NCBI RefSeq assembly: GCF_002113885.1
Contig: NW_018480043.1
Span: forward strand, 200,955 to 264,954
DNA: 64,000 nt
From: Mizuhopecten yessoensis
Taxonomy: Eukaryota
Direction of reading: 5' to 3'
The position numbers and the translations under genes are program-made. Shown piece after piece: positions 39,123 through 52,140 of the stretch. Below the pieces are notes generated by a model. It was given only the letters and a program-made list of their open reading frames with translations, was not told where the DNA came from and made no database searches. How positions within the stretch are numbered: position 1 is the first letter of the stretch; each line of letters begins with the position of its first letter.

Positions 39123-41479
39123 CTGGGAAAAAAAAAGAGAAAATATTTGAATTCAGTTATCACATAACACATAATTGATTTTATGTATATAGGTCTATAT
39201 TTCTATCTTCCTGGCCCTGGACGTCGGGCTAGTGGAATTGTATACAGGAGAGATTAGTATCAGTAGGACGAATCAACCAAAGGTTGCTCTCAAATATCCC
39301 TGGTTACACAGTAGATCACGCGGGAGCTTCATTCGTCCATTTAATGCATGTCGATTGTTGGTCTTGCTAAAAGTATATTAGTATGAGTATGTATTGGAAA
39401 AGATTCACAAATTTCAATCATCCGTCAAAAGTGGTGACGATTACGTTTACTCCGTAGTCTGATGCCGGTTCATCAATTATGCGAAACCGGACATTTCTTC
39501 GGGTATTATTCAATCGGTGATGCTAATTATTTAGTGGAGTAGATAACAACACATATGTGATCGTGACGAGGGATCAATTCATAACAATTTGGGTTCTGAT
39601 TGCATTTTAAAACACAAATGAGAACATGTGAAACTCACCTGAAGTAAAAGGAAGCCTGCCTCGTTCTGATATTAAGAGGAGAGTTCCAATAGGTTGTACT
39701 TGTGAATTACCTCCCCTGAACTAGCAGTGTCAAGCTGAGTTAAGATTTCGACGCTATGTATTTTTTCTTTAATTTCCACATCAAATATTGTTTTCAATGC
39801 TTAACCAAATAATTCATATTCTTATCACACACATATTTTTTGTTCCATGGAGTTAGGAAGAACAATCAATAACTAATCAATCATCAACGAATCAATTTAT
39901 CAATCTATCAATTAATAAAACAATTTACTAATAATAAACCACGCAAATAAAGCATCATAACATTTTGGTTACGTAAAGTCAAAAGAAAATTATGAAAAAA
40001 AAGTTTTTGTCTTTTTCTACAGCTACATATGTACATAACACATGCCATCAAGAGTCCAAAGTTGGTCACTGAAGCAAGAAGGAAAATAGCATCACTCAGT
40101 CTCCCCGTTGAATGTATCTATTGATGTTGATATGCAATTTGTTTTCTCCAATGTTGACAACTAGTCGCACAATCATCAAAATGAAAGTTTCAAGTGCATC
40201 GTACCATTGCACCCATCTAGTCCTAGAAATATTTTGAAGCTTTTGGCTTCTGGTTTGAATCTGGCGGTAGTAAGAGGGATTGTTCACTATAGGAAACTCT
40301 GGAGCTAAGGAGAGAAGTTAAAGAACCGCAATATTATAATCTTTTGGCAATGTCGACCGTGTTGCGAATCCCTGTGATAGATGATATGTCTTTTGCACAT
40401 TGAATAGATTCAGTTTATATATGAATTCCTTCAGAGGTGCACGTCTAAATAATTATTCACAAATGATATTTAAAGACCGTTTGAGATGTATTTCACAACA
40501 AGGTAGCATTAAATGAATGGCCGTTTAGTCCGTCATTATTCGTTCAGTTCGACGCTTCATCTTAAAACATAAAAATATGGAAAAAACCATAAATAAATGT
40601 GTTGTCAGCATACAATACATCTAATACCTTAATCCTTGTCATATATGTACATATGAGCCTCCTTTCCTAAAAATACTTCTTCTATCAGAACATTTCACTT
40701 ATACCTTATACATTCTTTATATCACACCTCATGAGAAACTAAGCAACGTCTTCGTTCTCTCAATTTATTTATTTTCCCAAGAAAGGTAAACGGCGATAAA
40801 AAATATAGTTGTAAACTATTTTGAAGTTTCTTTTGGGCAAAAAACATGGCAAATGTCAAAATGAATTTATGCTCGAGAATGATCGAGTTCCTGGTTGAGA
40901 ATAACTGTGTTGGGGTTCTGAAGTTCTGAAGATTTTCAAGCAAAAACATGCTTTTCTTTTAGGCGCTTTGTCTTTGTTTTCCATTGAAATTTATCAAGGC
41001 TGGTAACAAAAACCTTGCCAAGTTCTGCAATTTCACTTTGAGATATATCTATATTTAAACAACGGAAATATATTCACCACGTCGATCGTATACACTCATG
41101 AGCTTGAAATCAACGACACTAAAGATTCTTTACCTGCAACAAGACCAACAGGGACGGCTCACATCTAAGTTGTGCGATGAGCGCGAAGATTTCGATTTCC
41201 CCCTCCTTGACAGTAAACATATCTGCTCCCCAAACCTAGGGGTTTGACTCGGTATTCAAGAACTTGCTACGAATGTTGTGAGTTCAACGAGTTTCAAAAA
41301 CTTACAATACAGAATGTGCAGGCTGAGTCAAACTACGGTCACGTTTTTATGGGCGCCATCACGATGTATTGGGGAAAATGCTATTTCGCTGTGTGATTTG
41401 AAAGAGGTTGTTCTCAGAAGTGTGTTTTATTGTTTCGTTGTCAATACTCCGTTCCTTGATTTACTTCGATGAAGCATCT

Positions 41480-41744
41480 GGGCCGGTATTCACGAAACCG
41501 TTATCACGCTCATGCATGGATGTTGTACTCAAGTTTTATTTCTTGTTTTAGTGTTAAATTGATAAATAGATCTTATTTTTTCAATGATTTGGAAAACAAT
41601 TAAGAGGTTCAAAGCATAAAACTATTATCAATATTTCCATTTGACGTTTTGATCGTTTGACATGACTTAAGTGAGTTACAAAAAAGCTGGTATGAGCACA
41701 AAATCAATCCTTGAGCATGAGAACGTTTTCATGAATACGGGCCC
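41480..41744. mobile_element. 265-bp MITE with GGGCC-type TIRs (PIF/Harbinger-like)
   Basis: GGGCCGGTATTCACGAAACCGTTATCACGCTCA at the left end pairs imperfectly with TGAGCATGAGAACGTTTTCATGAATACGGGCCC at the right end. The superfamily is inferred from the termini. Confidence 0.7.
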
Positions 41745-42590
41745 TTTAATTGTACTTTTAATTGAGTTCAAATTAAGGTTTTGTTGACATATGTGTATTG
41801 TCCCGATTGTTTTTTTTTTCTTCACATTCTTGACAATTTTTTTTTACGAGTGTCTGTATTTGAAAGATAATCTTGCGTTCCTCATATTGGTCAAACTGGA
41901 CAAGGGGAATGAATACATTCAGTTTTGTATTGAAACAGAAAAATATGTTTGTTCGGTTTCCTTCAAGGAAATATCTAAATGAGTTTACCTTAACCCTTAC
42001 CCCGACACGTGTCATTAAACTATTTCAAATTGTGTAGTTTTAAACAATCTGGTTCTAGAACGTCCTGTCACCATGACTTGACAATACAGTATACGTGTGT
42101 TGTGGATAGCAATACACCCGTAGTCGATACTAGCATTGCTGTCCTGTCTACTGGTTTACATAGATCTGTGTAATATGTGTTGAATTTGCAAACAATTAGA
42201 AGAAACATACAAAAAGTCACAATCATCACAGTTCGCTTTAATACTGTTATCTGGATATATTGGACACATCTATAAAACAAATACCATAACATAATTTGAA
42301 CACGAGAATAAAGCCAACTTTTTGTAGAAATGTCAAGAAAGATATTTCTACATTTTCATCATCATATATTTATAAATTTTTTTGCACAACAAATTAAATA
42401 TACATTTCTGTACACTATAACACTAATAATACATAGCAGATTAAGAGAATATTGCTGTATATTGAGGAATACCACAAACACTCGTGGATTTGTTACAGTT
42501 TTTTATGTTTGGCCCTATCCTGATATGTAGAGAGTGATATTAAAAGCTTAGGTTCAGAAAAAACATCTCTCGCTATGATATATAAATACA

Positions 42591-42780
42591 TATTCCTTTT
42601 TTTCGTATTGCAGAGTTATCTTCTCTTGTGAGCAGGTATTGATTGTTACGTCATTTGTTTGTTAGAGTAACGTCATCATTTTTTGAGAAAACGACGTAAT
42701 TTTCACGCACAAACCAATGAGGTAACAATCAATATCTGCTCACAGGAGAAGATAACTCTGCAATACGCAAAGACGGAATA
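42591..42780. mobile_element. ~190-bp MITE with long TIRs (copy 2, same family as 14741-14929)
   Basis: Full-length homology with copy 1; the ends read TA...TA, compatible with a Tc1/mariner TA TSD. Confidence 0.85.
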
Positions 42781-43149
42781 CATCATGATTGTCCAATCAT
42801 ACAGACTGTAACAAACCCCGAGGTCCCATTGGGAAAACCACCAACTTTTCATCCAGTGTGATAAATACTGTGTTATTTAAACAGTGTTCATGGGAGTTTT
42901 GAGAGGTATAGATAAACATGAAACCCATTCTTATTATCACAGACTTAAAGTGTTCATCTTTAACGTTTGCTAAGATATAATATATCCGGACTGGATATTA
43001 GACAAATGTTGACTTAAAATGTCTACTTGTACGTTAAATCCTGAGTTTACCGACATCCGATACACAATAAACGACCAAATTAACCCCGCCCCCTTAATGT
43101 CGGTAACGTCAGGTTTTACTGAACATGTAAGGTCAGTGCTCATAAGAAA

Positions 43150-44113
43150 TTATAACTTCGGCACGTCTCTAGCTTCGATCACCCAGCTCGTTGGAAACTC
43201 TTTCTTTCGTCGTTCTCGTTCACTTTCAATTGCCTCATGATAGTAGCCATAGTAATCGCCACGCCCTTTTCGCTCTACCGGAACAAATGCATCACTCTTC
43301 GGCCAGGGATTTTGGAAAATGTCTTTTGATGGCATTGCAGGAAGGTTCCGAGTGTATCCGAAGAGCTTCAGATCGGCTTTACCAGTCTGCAGTAGGCCTA
43401 TGTTTTCATTGTAGTAACCTGTTAACAACAAATGATTCAATAATTATTGAAAAGAAAAGAATTAATGAATGTTTGTCACATTTAAAATCATATGGTACGG
43501 GAACTAAATGTACAGTCGAAGATATGCAGAAATTTACAATATATGTAAGGCAGGGAATACAAAAAAAATGAAACAAGGTCAAATTAACGAGCAATTATCT
43601 GTTGCCATTTTATTAAGAAAAACTAAGAGCAATTAAATCTCATCCGTCGAAATTGAATTCAAAATTGGAGAGTTTAAACTCCAAAAACGAACCAGAGCAC
43701 TTTTTCGTTTTCGGTGTGATCTCTATAATGCTGACAAGTGACAAGGAGCGTTGAATTACACATTCGTTAATCGGAATTTTATTCCAGCTCCAATATTCGA
43801 TAATATTAGACTCGGACTAATTTGGGGATGCACCGTTCAATTATTTACCAGAAGGCGTGTCTCGGTTCCTCATGAAGTCCACCCACTGGTCCTCTGACTG
43901 AATATCGATAGCGTCACGTTTGGTTTCACGTGGCAACGATCGAAACTGGTCCTTGGCGATCCAGGCCCTTTCTGAGGGGACGTAGTGGGCCATGCCTCTG
44001 TACGCGTGCGACTTTCCGTCACCACTGACGTAATTGTGGAGGGGGACGGCGTTAGTGGGACCACGCTCCTTGAGGTAAGTCCCTCCACTTGTGGCGTACT
44101 CCTTCCGGTGCAT
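43150..44113 (-). CDS. Uncharacterised 177-aa protein (paralog A)
   Basis: Exons 44113-43849 and 43418-43150 joined by a phase-1 GT-AG intron, with an acceptor at 44128 upstream of the ATG. Reads MHRKEYATSGGTYLKERGP...QSEDQWVDFMRNRDTPSG YYNENIG...ARDVPKL*. Clear protein-level homology to 48465-48738. Confidence 0.82.
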
Positions 44114-44771
44114 GGCTTTCTGGTTACCTGGAACACAAAACCTGGACAGGTCATTTTTTATAACAAACATTTTCTCCAAAGAAAATAACAAAAATCATTT
44201 ATTTTGTGTTCCGAATAACCATTGGGTTGGAGATGGGATGGAGGAGAGGTTATTTAGAAAAAGACGGAGAGAGAGATTGGTGATTTAAGAGATAGCCCTG
44301 GATAAAGATGTGGAAGGGCGGGGAGATTGAGAGAGAAGCCGAAGATGGCATTCGATGAAAGATAAAGGGGGACGGGATACAATCACAGGGATTGAAGGGA
44401 TGGAAGGAAAGAACTCTGTAAAAGGGAGATACGGTTATTGAAAAAAACGTGGAAAATTGGGGGGGTGGGGGGGGGGGGGGGGGGGGNCTATACTAATGAA
44501 ACATAACGTGACGATATCTACCTCGATCTTTCTGTTACAACTCATGTATTTTATTTTACATTGTATACTCGATTTGATTGGAATTCGAAATTTAGTGCAC
44601 ATACAAGTTCAAAAACCCTTCAAGGCTCCCGCCTTTCACATCAGCAAGTTTCAAACAAATAATTTCAATAGGAGTAATCTCCCCTCCATCATGTAGATAG
44701 CTCCTGTTAACACCTGCGATGCAATTTGACACACCTGCACACAACTGCGTTCAGCTGCAGTAATGTCTTAC

Positions 44772-44994
44772 CTGTGTTTCAGGTAAAACAACAACCCGAT
44801 TGTTAGTATCCTCCCGTGCTTAGCCTGTACGGTCTTCCTAAGCTCCTCGTGTTGGATAAAGTTTAAATGACCCGTAGTCAACACTGCACAATCAGCCGTC
44901 TGTGTGTAGATGGCGCCCTAATCAGTTTACATTGGTTACACGACGTAACACCACACAGGTAAACATCCGGTTTGCTCAGTCACGACAGCCACAG
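44772..44994. promoter_or_regulatory. Putative compact bidirectional promoter and non-coding first exons of the paralog pair
   Basis: Outward-facing consensus donors: minus-strand CAG|GTAAGA at 44771 and plus-strand CAG|GTAAGT at 44995. Both genes have an acceptor just before the ATG. An X-box-like GTTTACATTGGTTAC (44925-44939) and a forkhead GTAAACA (44959) lie in between. Confidence 0.5.
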
Positions 44995-45659
44995 GTAAGT
45001 GCACAGGTGTGATTGTGATCAAAGTCATGAATTACAAAAAACTATTTTATTGTGTTCGTGATGGAAATATTATTCCACATAAACAAAACCTTATTGTCGG
45101 GTTACTTATATAAGCGCATGCGGAAAAGGAACGTCACACCTGTATACAGGTGTAGTATACAGATGAGAAACGATCGATAATCATGTAATAAAGGGGAGAT
45201 AACATCTACAGGTAGATATAACACCCCATTCGTCAAACCTAATCAACACCTCAATACGATAAAGAATATATACTGACTGGGCGATGGTGCAATGCAAAGT
45301 TTGCAAATAGTGCCAAACACCTTCTATTACTATAACATTCAACAACAAAGCCTAAAAACCCAGTCGAGATCTACAGATCACACTGTTTTTGAGTTCAACA
45401 CATACTGTGTACAAGTATTCGTATATGATATTTATACCGTATACGGGTGTGGTGTTCAATGTTGTGGTGTAGGGCGGCTTTGTGTTAAGAAAGACGATTG
45501 ACATAGAAGGGGTTGTAATATATATGGGGGCTCGTTGGTTGCATTTGCTTCCTGAACATTCAGGTGTCATAGAAAAAAATATTTTATTAACCAATTATAG
45601 AGAATGTCACTATTTGAAGTAAATGTATATGATACCCATGGTGTGTGGTAATATAGGAA

Positions 45660-47235
45660 ACAATGACATAGTATAACAACCATGACACGGTAATATTACA
45701 ATCACGACACGGTCATATAACAACCATGACACGGTAATATAACAATCATGACAAGGTTATATAACAACCATGACACGGTAATATAACAACTATGACAAGG
45801 TAATATAACAACTATGACACGGAAATATAACAACTATGACACACTAATATAACAACCATGACAAGGTAATATAACAACCATGACACGGTAATATAACAAC
45901 CATGACAAGGCAATATAACAACCATAACACGGTAATATAACAACCATGATAAGGTGAAATAACAACCATGACACGGTTATATAACAACCATGATGAGGTC
46001 AAATAACAACCATGACATGGTAATATAACAACTATAACACGGTAATATAACAACCATGACATGGTAATGTAACAACCTTGATGAGGTTATATAAAAACCA
46101 TGACAAGGTAATATAACAACCATGACATGGTAATATAACAACCATGACAAGGTAATATAACAACCATGACAAGGTAATGTAACAACCATGACATGGTAAT
46201 GTAACAACCATGATGAGGTTATATAACAACCACGACACGGTAATATAACAACCATGATGAGGTTATATAACAACCATGACAAGGTAATGTAACAACCATG
46301 ACACGGTAATATAACAACTATGACACGGTAATATAACAACAACCACGACACGGTAATATAACAACCATGATGAGGTGAAATAACAACCATGACATGGTAA
46401 TATAACAACCATGATGAGGTCAAATAACAACCATGACATGGTAATATAACAACCATGATGAGGTTATATAACAACCATGACAAGGTAATATAACAACCAT
46501 GACACGGTTATATAACAACCATGACATGTTAATATAACAACCATGACATGACAATATAACAACCATGACACGGTAATATAACAACTATGATGAGGTGAAA
46601 TAACAACCATGACATGGTAATATAACAACCATGAGAAGGTCAAATAACAACCATGACATGGTAATATAACAACCATGATGAGGTTATATAACAACCATGA
46701 CACGGTAATATAAGAACCATGACACGGTAATATAACAACCATGACAAGGTTATATAGCAACCATGATGAGGTGATATAACAACCATGACACGGTAATATA
46801 ACAACCATGATGAGGTTATATAACAACCACGACACGGTCATATAACAACCACGACACGGTAATATAACAACCATGACACGGTAATATAACAACCATGATC
46901 AGGTGATATAACAACCATGACACGGTAATATAACAACCATGACACGATAATATAACAACCATGATGAGGTGATATAACAACCATGACAAGGTAATATAAC
47001 AACCACGACACGGTAATATAACAACCATGACACGGTAATATAACAACCATGATCAGGTGATATAACAACCATGACACGGTAATATAACAACCACGACACG
47101 GTTATATAACAACCATGACACGGTAATATAACAACCATGATGAGGTCAAATAACAACCATAACACGGTAATATAACAACCATGATGAAGTGATATAACAA
47201 CCATGACAAAATAATACAGCATCCATAACACGGTT
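45660..47235. repeat. 22-bp minisatellite (ATAACAACCATGACACGGTAAT), ~70 copies
   Basis: Direct tandem repeats with interspersed variants (gacacgg/gacaagg/gatgagg). Confidence 0.95.
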
Positions 47236-47365
47236 TACCTCCTATTAACAGCTATGGTCATTTAAGGACGTGCCAGTTTTTGAAGGTGGATGAAAGCCGG
47301 AGTTCTGCGACCCAGTGATGGAGTGCTAGTGGTAGCAGAATGTCAGACGTGGCCACCGCGGCCCC
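47236..47365 (-). mobile_element. Internally deleted tRNA-derived SINE
   Basis: The minus strand begins GGGGCCGCGGTGGCC (tRNA-like head) and contains ACTCCGGCTTTCATCCACC and the tail CTGGCACGTCCTTAAATGACC..GCTGTTAATAGGA. Confidence 0.65.
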
Positions 47366-48464
47366 TTTGACTGTAAATGCTATGGCCTATATATATACGT
47401 GTTGAGGTCGTAGCTGTAACGTTAGATACCATTGACCCTACATGAAAGATGGACGTTCCATTCATTGAAGAGGCACACTCTAATCAGAACTGAACGCTGA
47501 ATATTAAGCAGCATCTTTCAAAATACTTCGAAAAAAGTAGATATAAGCATTGAGCACCGTTGATATGTCAGTTACAGTTTAAGTGAATGATACAGCTTTG
47601 CAGGCAAACAAACCATAACATGCTAGCGAGAATTATGATGTTTTGCCTGCAGAACTGTGTCGTTCATGTAGACTGTAAAAGCCATATCAAAACAGTTCAA
47701 TGCTTAGATATTTACCATTTATGGTATTGTCACTATAGGAGTGATGCAGTGACTGTAGAAGATACTGTTAAGGAAGACAAACGTTTTGAGTTTTAGTTTT
47801 GAGATTCATTGTTGAGGTGTATGATGACGTGTATGAATAGATCATATGAAATCAGTAGAACTAGACATACACAATGTGAATGACATTTACAAATTACTAA
47901 GAAAACCCGTTACTTGTAGTCAGCCTGCCCTGCACTCTAATGTTATGATTCCTAACCACGCTCAAATATTCACATTTAAAATCATGACATTTTCAATGTT
48001 TTTCCTATTTGACGATTTGCCGTATCCAAGAGAACATTTTTAAACTTCGAAAAAGGCAAATGAAAAAAGGAACTTAACAAAAATAGTGAAAATGAAAATG
48101 TCAGCTCCCTTTGGTACAAGTATATATCAAAAGGTCGTATCAAGGAGACAGAAATGTCCGTTCTAGTCTGGAATCGAATTGACCGAGATAACCTTTCCCT
48201 GTCATCTAGCCTCAGCCAGAGTACACTTCAGACAGGCATCTGTGTAGGAAGCAGTCTATAAATTTTAACCAGGTTCTTGATAATAAAAATAAAACGTGTA
48301 GGAAGTTATTTTTCTTATTTCAAATATGCAGTTACAATATGTCACGATACACCCCCCCCCCGNAGTATAAATTCTCATATATTTTTTCACTTAGAGTACG
48401 ATATAATCTCTAATATGTTGTTTTCACTTGGAGTACGATATAACCTCTAATCTATATTTCCAGG

Positions 48465-49378
48465 ATGCACAGAGTGGAGTACGCAACTAGTGGAGGGGTG
48501 AACCTGAAGGAGAGGGGACCCTACAATCCCACCCCCGTCCACAACTACCTCAGCGGTACGGGAAAGTCTCACGTGTACCGGGGGCCGGGCTACTACATCC
48601 CCTTATCCAACTGCTGGATCCAGTTCCACGAGTATAAGGCGCTCCCTCCGAAAACCAAAAGGGACGCGGTACTGTTTGAGTCGGAAGACGCCTGGGTCGA
48701 ATATCAACGAATGCGGGACGCTGCTCCAAAGCCTAGTGGTATGTTTATTAATCTAAAACAGCTGAGAAGAATGTTTTCATGTCGACTTACGAACAACAGT
48801 TGAAGAACGTCGATACGTTGACCATCTTTTGCAGATTGCATGTCTTTATGTTTCTATACAAATGTACGTACAGACTGTTTCTTGTGTGAATCATTGTTAT
48901 GTATCCATAGCGAACAATCCTACTCCATGTTACAGTTAAAGGGAAATCGTGCTTTGGTAATGTGTAAGAAGTGGTTACAATACTTGTCAGCACATAGCTG
49001 AAACCAGAAAATAACTGGATTGCATTACTTTCATTTCTTAACCAACTTTCGATATCGGGTAAAGTATTCATATACTTTTGTGATCAGTTCTGTGTTATTC
49101 AATACATTTCGTCTTGTCTTGTTGTAGGTATCACGTTGTCAGGAGTACCCACACAGTACACCGGTGTCCCAGTGCCAAACCTACTTCCGTTCCAGACTTC
49201 CGCTTGGAGTAGACGCTGGGATGGTGCGGGGTACTTTTTACCCTCCGGTGAGAAATGGTTCCACGACCATGATAGTCCCGCTATCCCTTCTGAGTCAAGG
49301 CACTTTTACAATGAAGAGGACTGGATCAAATACAAGTACTTGCTGGATAAGCCAAGCATGTCGACGCTTCAAAAATAG
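48465..49378 (+). CDS. Uncharacterised 174-aa protein (paralog B)
   Basis: Exons 48465-48738 and 49128-49378 joined by a phase-1 GT-AG intron at the position equivalent to paralog A, with acceptor ttccag|gATG. Reads MHRVEYATSGGVNLKERGP...FESEDAWVEYQRMRDAAPKPSG ITLSG...EEDWIKYKYLLDKPSMSTLQK*. Confidence 0.82.
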
Positions 49379-51124
49379 TACTCTTAACAGACAAATATAA
49401 TTATATCGACTATTGAACAACTGTAGGGACACCGGAGAATTGTTTATGAAGGGAAGAAGGGTAGTAATTATACCAGCCGGACTGGACATGCGTATAACAG
49501 TTCAGATGTATTCCCTAGTGGCCTTACCATTGTTCCCAACTGAAGCCTAAATGCTGATGGCTGCCGTGAACAATGCTACAGTTAACTGCATGCTGTTTTC
49601 CATTTTAAAGTTTAATGCTCCTCTACTCTAAACACGCTCATTTGACGAGTCGTCAAAGGCGCTGAACGAATTATGAAAAAGTTGATGGGCGAATTTTCAT
49701 GGTTTCTTTAATTGTGTGTGACGAACATATCCTCGTGTCTAATCTAGTTTCAAACTCGCACAATATGAACCATTAGCTCCTTTGTGCAGTCCGCAGGAAG
49801 GCCAGTACGGTAACCAGCTACAACACCCTATACACTGTAATACATTGATAGGACTTTACGGTTGGGATGAGGAACAGTGCGAGTGATGAGTGAGGATTTT
49901 ATGCCACCAATCAATGGCAGGATTCACTCAACTCGGCAACAATTTGCAATCTAGAGTGAAAAGGACCCGCGGTTTTGTGTATACTGAGAAGGTAATTAAC
50001 TGCCTCGTGCTGCAAAGTGTCTCAGACATTTATCAACGTACGTTTATTACCTCACCACTAGGTGGCGGCTGTAAACACGTTAGATATCGCGACTAAAATT
50101 TGCATACTTTATTCGCGTAAATTTGAATTAGTTAATGTGACATTGCTGCCCTCTAGCAGTGAATCTGGCTCTTGGAAATAAACTAGAACTCCCGTTCGCA
50201 ATATATCTTGAGATTCCGTTTACAAGAATAAAAGCACATCTAGTTTATAGAACAAACTGAAGGCAAATCTATAGGTCTGATTTCATTAAGTATGTCTAAC
50301 TTTTAATTATTTACATTTGATCTGGAACTTGTACACACTGGTCGACACATACAAACAAAACCAATCCCTAAATAGATATATAAGTATAAACTTTTGCACA
50401 TTTTATTTCTTATCTATATTTGAATTTAAACAGCAGAGATGCGATTGAATATAAGAGATAATGGTAAAACATGTACATGACCTGTGCTCCTAGTTAGGTC
50501 CCCGAGTTTGACGTAATGGTGTTCTTGACTATTTTGTATGGATTCTGCGACAGTTAAAGTAATGCGACAGTTAAAGTGATATGTTTGAAATTCTGGTAAA
50601 GAAGATTGATATACATGGTAAGTAAAGTGTGTTAGAAGCTGAACTACACGTACCCCATATCTGACAGTGTGCAGCGAACAATGGGTACAAACCTATCAGG
50701 TCTACGTCCCTGTTTAACAACAGATGAGAGACGTGTAACAGTTGTGAGAGGGTGTTAATTTGATATACATTATTTCAATCAATGTTTGTTTTTTTTTGTC
50801 TCATAATTATTTTTATGTGTTACGGTCCACTATAATTTATATAATAAACAACTATCTGATATATTGTATTTCTTTGTTCTGTGTAATACTAGGTATGGGC
50901 AATGATATTGCAATACCATTAGGTTGCAATATTTGTTAAGCAATATATGTATTGGAATATGATTTTGAAATGGCAAACATATTGCAGTAGTGTTTGGACT
51001 TATCGTTTGGCAGTTAAGAACAGTTATGAAATATTTACAGAAATAATGCTATGATTGAACCAATATATCCAAATGCAGATTGCTTTGTATTCCATACAAA
51101 GCAATCTGCATATGAAATACATAT

Positions 51125-52140
51125 TACTGACTTACTTACTGCCCATTACGCCCAGTGGCGTGTGGGGCAGCAACGAAATTCCTCCACAACTGTCTGTCGT
51201 TGGCTAGCTTCTGTATTGATCTCCATGTCTGATGTAATTCGTCTAGCTCGGCATTGACGGTCCTCTCCACGTTATCTTGGGTCTTCCTCGTTTTCGTTTT
51301 CCCTCAGGTGTCCAAAAAAGAGCTGTTTCAGTGATGTTGGTAGGGTTCTTTCGAAGAACATGACCAATCCATTTCCAACGTCTATCTCTAAGGATAGCTG
51401 ACATGTTTTTTGTGGTTGTATCTGTTGAGAAGGTCCTTGATTGAGATCTTTAGTGGCCAAAATATTTTAAAGATCCTTCTCAAGCTCTTTGTATGGAATG
51501 TTGACAGCTTTAATTGGTCTAGCTCTGTCATTCTCCAACATTCTGAACCATACAGAAGGATTGGAAGTATGCAGCCGTATGGTGTATTGTCCGGATCGCC
51601 ATACTGGTTGCAAGTTGTTGAATGCTGCTCTGGCTTTCGAAAGTCTCTGTTTTATGTCTTTGTCGGTGCCTCCATCTCTGCTAACTTTGCTGCCTAGGTA
51701 AGTGAAAGTGTCTGTTGTCGGGAGGGGTTGTCCGTTTATTATGACTGGTGTTGGATTGGTGATGTTTAATGTCATAACTTCTGTTTTCTTTTTGTTGATT
51801 TTTAAACCTATTTGTCCAGCATATTCTTAAAGGAGATTGGTCTTTTCTTGAATGTGTTGATGTTTGTGTGAAAGGATGTCTTCAAGTGTTGTGAATGCGC
51901 CCCATCTAATGCCTCTGTTTTTGACTGCTGTTGTTCTTCGCATGACCCAATCTATTGCAATGATGAAGAGGGTAGATGACATAACGCACCCTTGATGGAC
52001 TCCAGTCCTTACCGGAAAATACACATCGCTGGATCTTACTCGGCAGTTGAAATTGTGGTAAAAGGTTTTAATCAGGTCAATCAGCTTTTGAGGAATGCCA
52101 TATGATCTTACTATCTTCCAAAGGCTATCTCGGTGGATGC
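51125..52140 (-). mobile_element. 5'-truncated, dead RTE-clade LINE with a 13-bp TSD
   Basis: RT motifs HRDSLWKIVRSYGIP, TGVHQGCVMS, GLKINKKKTEVM and FTYLGS..DGG..KDIKQRLSKAR are present, with stops and frameshifts. The 3' tail is GTAAGTAAGTCAGTA, and the TSD ATGAAATACATAT lies at 51112-51124 and 52141-52153. Confidence 0.92.

Noticed and set aside
44457-44487. Poly-G/poly-C tracts as G-quadruplex signals (also near 36935 and 48352)
   Set aside because: Two of them end at or next to an N base, suggesting sequencing or assembly uncertainty; no supporting context.
45844-47231. Hydrophobic repeat ORFs (VMVVILPCHGCYITVSWLLYY)
   Set aside because: The 22-bp unit cycles through all three frames; purely repeat-derived.
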